Source: an uncultured Muribaculaceae bacterium | Lineage (GTDB): Bacteria; Bacillota_I; Bacilli_A; RF39; UBA660 | Assembly (NCBI GenBank): GCA_964652445.1 | Contig: CAZZCM010000001.1 | Span: forward strand, 1 to 28,659 | Direction of reading: 5' to 3' | Length of the DNA stretch: 28,659 nucleotides | Shown here: piece by piece, positions 23,132 through 28,659 of the stretch | How the letters are laid out: every line of letters begins with the position of its first letter | Position numbering within the stretch: the stretch's first letter is position 1 | Made by a program: the position numbers and the translations under genes | The notes under the pieces: generated by a model | The model's input: the letters and a program-made list of their open reading frames with translations, nothing else | Told to the model about the DNA's origin: nothing | Databases searched by the model: none

Positions 23132-24307
23132 GCACTTTTTTATCATATAGTTTTTAAAGACTTGTTTATCGGTTTTAATATAAACAATTTGTTTGGGATG
23201 ACGAACAATAGTGATTGGCTGCATATCCTCATCATATATCTCGGCTACAACCATATCAAACTCATCTTTGGGCCCAAAAACCGTTACTGTATCTCCTTTT
23301 TTGAAATAGTTTCTTTGCTGTACTTTCATAAGGCCATTCTCGTAACCGATAACCATTCCTAAAAAATCTTGATTAGTAATTTCCATTCTACCATTATAAT
23401 ATTGAGCTTCTTTACCAAATGAGCCATTAAAAAATTGTGGAACAGAATCTCGATTCGCACATCTTCTTAAGACCTGTTCATATTTTAAATTATATTCGTA
23501 ACTTTCTTTATTGTTCCAATATTTGTCAATAACTTGTCTATAAACTTTTATAATTGTCGCAATATAGTAAGCTGAACGCATACGTCCTTCAACTTTTAAA
23601 CTATCGACACCAAGGTTAATAAGTTGGGGAATATACTTAATTAAAGATAAATCTTTAGTACAGAAAGTAAATGGTTTTTCACCTTTTAAATGATTATCAT
23701 CTTCTATCAAATCAAAGTCCCAACGACATATTTGACTACAGCCACCACGGTTGGAATCTCTCGATGTTAAAAAATTAGATAAAACACAGCGACCACTGTA
23801 AGAAGCACACATTGCTCCATGAACAAATACTTCTAATTCTATATCTACGTTATCTTTAATATCTCTAATATCATTCATATGGCATTCTCTAGCTAAAACG
23901 ATACGATTTACTCCTTCGTTTTTCCAAAACATGGCCGCTTCTTTATTTAAAGTGGAAGCTTGGGTTGATAAATGGATAACCAAATTAGTATTTTCTTTGG
24001 CTAATTTGATAATGGCTGGATCACTAACAATAATTGCATCAACACCGGTTTTATCTAGTTTTTTCAGATAATTAATAATATTATTAAGTTCTTTATTATG
24101 CATGGCTATATTGACTGTGACATATACTTTTTTATTTAAAGAATGGGCAAATTCTACTCCTTTTTTTATTTCAGAAACTGTGAAATTATCTGCATTTGCC
24201 CTTAAATTAAACGTTCCACCTATATAAACTGCATCGGCACCATATAAAAGTGCGATTTTAAGTCTCTCTAAATCTCCAGCTGGAGCAAGTAATTCTGGTT
24301 TAATCAT
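23117..24307 (-). CDS. trhP1: U32 family tRNA wobble-U hydroxylation protein (YrrO-like)
   Basis: PELLAPAG, GADAVYIGG, intact Fe-S motif HGAMCASYSGRC...RGGCSQICRW, LKVEGRM. Confidence 0.8.
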   Translation of the reverse strand: MIKPELLAPAGDLERLKIALLYGADAVYIGGTFNLRANADNFTVSEIKKGVEFAHSLNKKVYVTVNIAMHNKELNNIINYLKKLDKTGVDAIIVSDPAIIKLAKENTNLVIHLSTQASTLNKEAAMFWKNEGVNRIVLARECHMNDIRDIKDNVDIELEVFVHGAMCASYSGRCVLSNFLTSRDSNRGGCSQICRWDFDLIEDDNHLKGEKPFTFCTKDLSLIKYIPQLINLGVDSLKVEGRMRSAYYIATIIKVYRQVIDKYWNNKESYEYNLKYEQVLRRCANRDSVPQFFNGSFGKEAQYYNGRMEITNQDFLGMVIGYENGLMKVQQRNYFKKGDTVTVFGPKDEFDMVVAEIYDEDMQPITIVRHPKQIVYIKTDKQVFKNYMIKKCLTNE

Positions 24308-25115
24308 TCTTCTTCACCCTATACACTGTTTCATTATATAAAAATCCATGATTAAATGGAAAACTATATTTACCTATATGGTTTTTGAAATTATCAAGAA
24401 CCGTTTTAAAATCTTCATCTGAAATTAAAATACTATTAAAAACTAAATAATCTATACTTGAAAAGTCTTCATCTAAAACATTTAAAATATAGTCAGAATA
24501 TACTGTGGTTCCATATTTGCCATCACTAATTGGATAATACTTTCCTTCTTTGTAAATGGCTTTATTTTGGCCATTATCTTTTAGATTAAAATAATCAATA
24601 TAATTGGTAACCAAATGTCTTCTTGACGTAAACATTGGGATATAACCAAAAACATTCATAAATAGTTTAGCTTTTGACTGCTTTTTTATATCTATAATTT
24701 CATCTTTAGTAATTTCTGAAGATAAATATGCATATTTAACTCCTTTGTCAAACCAATAATTAATTGTTCCATAATTGGTAACCATATGCTCCTGCGACCA
24801 AACTAAATCGGTTTTTAATCCCATTTCTGCTCTTAATTTAACTAAACTGACATCATAGTAAATAATACCCTTGATATTTAAAGTGTCTACTTTGATTAAT
24901 ATTTTTTTTAAGCTATCAATTTCACTATTATGAATATTTTTATTAATTGCTAAAAAAATCTCTTTACCTAATTTTTTGAAGTCTTCTATTTCACTTAATG
25001 TAAAAGTACTTTCAAAATTAATACTATAATCCTTAATTGGTAAAATAAAAGCATCTACTAAATTACTAATATCTTTGGCTTGATTATAATCTCTAACAAT
25101 GGCTACAATTTTCAT
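24300..25115 (-). CDS. trhP2: Short U32 family paralogue (YrrN-like)
   Basis: YAYLSSEIT, VFGYIPMFTSRRHLVTNY; 8-nt overlap with the YrrO-like gene as in the yrrN-yrrO pair. Confidence 0.7.
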   Translation of the reverse strand: MKIVAIVRDYNQAKDISNLVDAFILPIKDYSINFESTFTLSEIEDFKKLGKEIFLAINKNIHNSEIDSLKKILIKVDTLNIKGIIYYDVSLVKLRAEMGLKTDLVWSQEHMVTNYGTINYWFDKGVKYAYLSSEITKDEIIDIKKQSKAKLFMNVFGYIPMFTSRRHLVTNYIDYFNLKDNGQNKAIYKEGKYYPISDGKYGTTVYSDYILNVLDEDFSSIDYLVFNSILISDEDFKTVLDNFKNHIGKYSFPFNHGFLYNETVYRVKKND

Positions 25116-25134
25116 AAACTCACCTGCTGCAAAA

Positions 25135-25143
25135 ATTATACCA
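25135..25143 (-). promoter_or_regulatory. Extended -10 promoter for the U32 pair, abutting the upstream terminator U tract
   Basis: TG-G-TATAAT immediately after T8. Confidence 0.6.
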
Positions 25144-25169
25144 AAAAAAAGTAGAAATTTCTACTTTTT
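25143..25169 (-). terminator. Terminator of the DUF975-like gene
   Basis: AAAAAGTAGA-AATT-TCTACTTTTT-TTT. Confidence 0.75.
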
Positions 25170-25175
25170 AAATAC

Positions 25176-26078
25176 TTATTTAGCTTTTTTAACAGTTGTT
25201 GTTTTCTTTGACGTTGTAGCTTTTCTTGTAGTTTTAGGTGTTGGCTTTTTGGTTCCACTTTTTACCGTTGTTTTAGAAGTTGTAGTCTTAGTAGAACTAG
25301 CTGTTCTTGTAGTTTTAGACTTACTAGCTTCCTTTTTAGGAGCTTCTAATGTAGCTTCTTCTGTTCCAGTAGTGGCTTCGTAATCTTTTCTCACCTTATC
25401 ATAGAAAATCGCTAATGATACTAACATATAAGGGGTTAACCATAAATATAAAATTCCAAGTGTAAATATACCAAGTATAGCCCAACCAATAAAGCTTATA
25501 ACTAATATAAAGTATTCTAAAATATAATTTTCCATCATGTCAAAGCTTTTTTCTAAGACTCTCATAACATTTAACTCAGGTTCATCATATAAAATGAAAT
25601 ATGTTTGTGATAAGGAAATAGCGATATATATTCCTACCAAAATAATAGCTACGGTTAATAATAAACCGAATATAACTAGTAAAATAGCTAAAAATAAATT
25701 TAATTCAGCTTGATATAAAATTATCATAAGTAATGATTTAAAAGATAAATATCCAAGTAACCATATGATAAAACCAGCAAGTCCTAATAAAATTGTGATA
25801 ATAATATACTTACCAAAAAAATCAGTTTGAGAAAATAAATCATCAAGCGATACTTTCTTCCCTCTAGAAATATTTAAAATAATTCCTATAAATCCCATAA
25901 CTAATAATGAAACAACAATGAACATTAAAAGTGATGAAATCCATGATGCATTAACTGCTAACGCAATAAACGAGCAGCAGCCCCCAAGTACCATGAATAA
26001 TAATAAGCTAAGAACAACTACAGAATAATTACCTTCTAAACGTTTTCTTGCTGTAGCCTTTATTTTTCCATTATCCAT
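25176..26078 (-). CDS. DUF975-family membrane protein with a Lys/Thr-rich C-terminal tail
   Basis: IKATARKRLEGN, YFILYDEP, SFDMMEN, WAILGIFTLGILYLWLTPY; start ATG at 26078 (SD GGAAGGAG). Confidence 0.8.
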   Translation of the reverse strand: MDNGKIKATARKRLEGNYSVVVLSLLLFMVLGGCCSFIALAVNASWISSLLMFIVVSLLVMGFIGIILNISRGKKVSLDDLFSQTDFFGKYIIITILLGLAGFIIWLLGYLSFKSLLMIILYQAELNLFLAILLVIFGLLLTVAIILVGIYIAISLSQTYFILYDEPELNVMRVLEKSFDMMENYILEYFILVISFIGWAILGIFTLGILYLWLTPYMLVSLAIFYDKVRKDYEATTGTEEATLEAPKKEASKSKTTRTASSTKTTTSKTTVKSGTKKPTPKTTRKATTSKKTTTVKKAK

Positions 26079-26101
26079 TTTTTTACTCCTTCCTATTATT
26101 A

Positions 26102-26110
26102 AGTATACCA
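26102..26110 (-). promoter_or_regulatory. Extended -10 promoter of the DUF975-like gene
   Basis: TG-G-TATACT. Confidence 0.55.
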
Positions 26111-26182
26111 CAAAACTTTATATTTTTAACAAAAAGATAAAAGATTATTTTAATTCTTCTATTTCCCTTTTAATTAAACAGA

Positions 26183-26752
26183 TTAATTCTTTTTACTAAT
26201 CGCCAGGCCATCACCAATATCTAAAAACTCGGTGGAAAATTCTTTGTTATTTTCTAGAAATTCTTTATAACCATTAATTTTTCGAACAAGCTGACGTAAA
26301 TTACGACTTTTTATAACCACATTAGGTTCCGTCAAACCATGAAAAGATAGATTATCAGAAATAATAGCCCCATTTATCGCTAAATTAACCTTATATTTTT
26401 CAAAAAATTTTATATATTGAGCTTTAGCTGCGTCAATGAAAATTAAATCAAATTTTCCATCAACTTTAGTCTCTAAAGCATCACCTAAAATAACATTAAT
26501 TTGTTTTTTTAAACCAAATTCACTAATATTTTTTATGGCTTCATTATATCTAGACTCGTCTCTTTCAATTGTTATTATCTTAACGTTTTTATCTACAAGT
26601 GCCATTTGAATAGATGAATAGCCGATGGCTGAACCAATTTCTAAAACATGCTTCACTTTATTTTTTCTAATATAATCTTGTAAAAACAAAATTCCATCTT
26701 TTTGCATAATAGGAATCTTGTTTTTCTTGGCATATTCCTCTAATCTATCCAT
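26183..26752 (-). CDS. trmR: O-methyltransferase YrrM/TrmR (ho5U to mo5U in tRNA)
   Basis: LEIGSAIGYSS, TIERDE, FDLIFIDAAKAQY, SDNL, IGDGLAIS; follows mltG as in yrrL-yrrM. Confidence 0.78.
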   Translation of the reverse strand: MDRLEEYAKKNKIPIMQKDGILFLQDYIRKNKVKHVLEIGSAIGYSSIQMALVDKNVKIITIERDESRYNEAIKNISEFGLKKQINVILGDALETKVDGKFDLIFIDAAKAQYIKFFEKYKVNLAINGAIISDNLSFHGLTEPNVVIKSRNLRQLVRKINGYKEFLENNKEFSTEFLDIGDGLAISKKN

Positions 26753-27825
26753 TTGCCCTCTTTTTTAAGTTTATTAATTATCGCTTGATGTTCATTGGCA
26801 TTTTTGGTGAAATAAATTTTTTTCTCACTATCGGCAACAAAATAATAACAATCTGTATCAGTTGGATAAATAGTGGCGGTTATCGCACTCAAACTTGGAT
26901 TCGCAATTGGACCTACTGGAAGTCCTTTCATTGAAGTACATCTGGTATTATAACCATTACATGAGTTAAGCTCTGATTTAGTCAAACTTTCTGTCATTGA
27001 CTTTTTAGCAGCATAATAAGTTGTAACATCACTACCTAAAGACCACTGATTATTTAAACGGTTATAGAACACGCCAGCCACTTTCGCACGATCACTATCA
27101 GTAACTGCCTCTAGTTCAACTAATGAAGCCAAGGTTAAAATTTCATGAACGCTGTAACTACTACTTTCAATATCACTTTTTAAAGGTGTTAATTTTTGGT
27201 TGGTGTTATCTAAAATCTTTGTTAAAATATTATCCAAATTAAGTTCGTCTTTTTCAAAAATATAAGTATCTGGAAATAAATATCCTTCTAAATCATAATA
27301 TATTTGTGAATTTTTTACCTCATCGGTAATAAACCAATATTTACTTTTTAAAGTGTCAACATAACTTTCTTCAGAAATTTTAGCTAAAAATTCTGAAGAT
27401 TGGATACCTGTCTTTTTTTCAATAATATCGGCCATTTGACGAGCATTTAAACCTTCCCTAAAAGTAAGCTTAACACTTGTATCTTTTATATTATCCTGAT
27501 TACCTAATGTTTCGACAATTTCTGCAACTGTCATAGCTTGATTTAATTCATAAGTTCCAGCATCTATATTTGATGGCTTATGAAACTTTAAAAATATTTT
27601 ATAAAACAATTCTGATTTAATTAATTTTTTTTCTTTCAGTATTTCAGCAATAGTGTAATAGTTATTACCTTTATCAACGGTTATGGTGATAGGATCTGTA
27701 TTATTACTAACAGAGTCCGTTTGTAATTTATAAAGGCCTAAAAAAGCAACTATAACTAAAATAATAAGCACTATTATAAATAGTGCAAATTTCTTAATTG
27801 AAAACTTACGTCTTTTAACTGTCAT
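26740..27825 (-). CDS. mltG: Endolytic transglycosylase MltG (YceG)
   Basis: N-terminal TM, TFREG, LEGYLFPDTY, LASLVELEA, VAGVFYNRL, YNT...GLPVGPIANP, YYFVAD. Confidence 0.95.
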   Translation of the reverse strand: MTVKRRKFSIKKFALFIIVLIILVIVAFLGLYKLQTDSVSNNTDPITITVDKGNNYYTIAEILKEKKLIKSELFYKIFLKFHKPSNIDAGTYELNQAMTVAEIVETLGNQDNIKDTSVKLTFREGLNARQMADIIEKKTGIQSSEFLAKISEESYVDTLKSKYWFITDEVKNSQIYYDLEGYLFPDTYIFEKDELNLDNILTKILDNTNQKLTPLKSDIESSSYSVHEILTLASLVELEAVTDSDRAKVAGVFYNRLNNQWSLGSDVTTYYAAKKSMTESLTKSELNSCNGYNTRCTSMKGLPVGPIANPSLSAITATIYPTDTDCYYFVADSEKKIYFTKNANEHQAIINKLKKEGKWID

Positions 27826-28140
27826 TTACTGTTGTTGGGTTTCCTCAACTTGATTTTGCATCTCTTCAAGAATTGTTTCAATAATTTTCCATTCTTTTTC
27901 GGTTTCAATTGGGATTAATTCTAAAGCTGCTACATCTTCACCTTCAGACATTTTTAATTCTTCAGGTTTGTAAATTGAAGCATATACTCTTATATTACCT
28001 TCTTCATCGATTGAATTATCAGTATAAACAATATAATTCTTTCCAGTTTCTGGTGATTCAAACATAAATAGTGTATCACAATCAATTTGTCTTCCTTCAG
28101 CGTCTACAGCTTTAAATTTTAATTCGTCTTTTCCTTCCAT
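27826..28140 (-). CDS. DUF1292 (YrzB-like) acidic protein
   Basis: DAEGRQIDCDTLFMFESPETGKNYIVY, LIPIETEKEW; follows ruvX as yrzB does. Confidence 0.85.
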   Translation of the reverse strand: MEGKDELKFKAVDAEGRQIDCDTLFMFESPETGKNYIVYTDNSIDEEGNIRVYASIYKPEELKMSEGEDVAALELIPIETEKEWKIIETILEEMQNQVEETQQQ

Positions 28141-28565
28141 GATTTCTCATTCCTTTCTTTATCCAAATATGTCTGTAAAATTATATTAGCTGCCAAACTG
28201 TCAATCTTCTTTTTACGTTTCTTTCTTGACATATCGGCCACAATCATATAACTACTAGCCTCTTTTGTTGTTAACCTTTCATCTTGCATCACTACTTCAA
28301 TATTAAATGCATTTTCTAACATTTTTTTAAATTCTAAAGTAGTAAGTGCCCTATCCCCAACTGTATTATTCATGTTTTTAGGTAATCCTAAAACAATCTT
28401 TTCAATTGGTTCTTTTTCAATAATAGAGGAAAGTTCTTTAATCGCACTTTCATAGTCCGAGTCTTTAAATCTAATAGTCGTATAGGTTGTAGCTACTAAT
28501 TTTGTTAAATCAGAAATCGATACGCCAAGTGTACGAGTTCCTAAATCTAAGCCTAAATATTTCAC
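28119..28565 (-). CDS. ruvX: YqgF/RuvX family nuclease (pre-16S rRNA processing)
   Basis: YLGLDLGTRTLGVS, VLGLPKNM, QDERLTT, IDSLAANIILQTYLD; GTG start at 28565 (SD GAGGGTGG). Confidence 0.93.
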   Translation of the reverse strand: MKYLGLDLGTRTLGVSISDLTKLVATTYTTIRFKDSDYESAIKELSSIIEKEPIEKIVLGLPKNMNNTVGDRALTTLEFKKMLENAFNIEVVMQDERLTTKEASSYMIVADMSRKKRKKKIDSLAANIILQTYLDKERNEKSWKEKTN

Positions 28566-28659
28566 TAAACCACCCTCTATTACATACAATATAATTTTAT
28601 CATTTATTTTAAAATTTGTACACCCTTTTAAGAGAAAAATGTCGGAAGAAAAAATTATG

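Noticed and set aside
24300-25115. Short U32 paralogue lacks the Fe-S cysteines
   Set aside because: As I recall, this is the normal state of YrrN/TrhP2 partners, so it is not a new degeneration.
200-25383. Short ORF-track entries opposite or overlapping real genes (e.g. 200..472, 688..1032, 3304..3585, 13441..13809, 13810..14055, 18588..18773, 21067..21498, 22492..22860, 25099..25383)
   Set aside because: Shadow ORFs of recognisable genes; no SD, no family motifs, composition mirrors the sense strand.
1-28659. Possible Mollicute genetic code (TGA=Trp)
   Set aside because: TGA ends conserved genes at the expected places with ATGA-type overlaps (cssR, rnhB), and conserved Trp positions translate without TGA readthrough.
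1-28659. CRISPR arrays, IS elements, prophage, tRNA or rRNA genes
   Set aside because: No regularly spaced repeats, transposase or integrase ORFs, terminal IRs or tRNA cloverleaves were seen; ORF6N is the only phage-type gene.
1-28659. Strong minus-strand gene bias (29 of 32 CDS)
   Set aside because: Expected leading-strand bias in Firmicutes that use PolC/DnaE.

Overview
AT-rich chromosomal core region of a compact-genome Firmicute (Bacilli-like; an RF39-type lineage is my inference). It uses the standard genetic code and carries wall (mltG) and spore (sspI) genes. I count 32 CDS, 29 on the minus strand, including an rpmB gene missed by the ORF track. Housekeeping genes: ruvX, mltG, trmR, trhP1/2, greA, leuS, rnhB, obgE, cssRS-like TCS, dnaE, lemA, trmB, ytxG/H. 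No CRISPR, IS, rRNA or tRNA was seen. Main observation: a self-contained two-gene operon (18666-22566) pairs a full-length pyruvate kinase homologue with a full-length GH31 glucosidase homologue. Both have lost canonical catalytic residues while keeping intact ORFs and their regulatory or oligomerisation domains, suggesting a pseudoenzyme pair. Also notable: a Leu T-box with no canonical terminator and a membrane ORF between it and leuS, a motor-less SftA-like protein, sporulation-sigma-like promoters, and a start-stop mini-ORF upstream of cssR. Family and residue comparisons are from memory of reference sequences; no searches were run.
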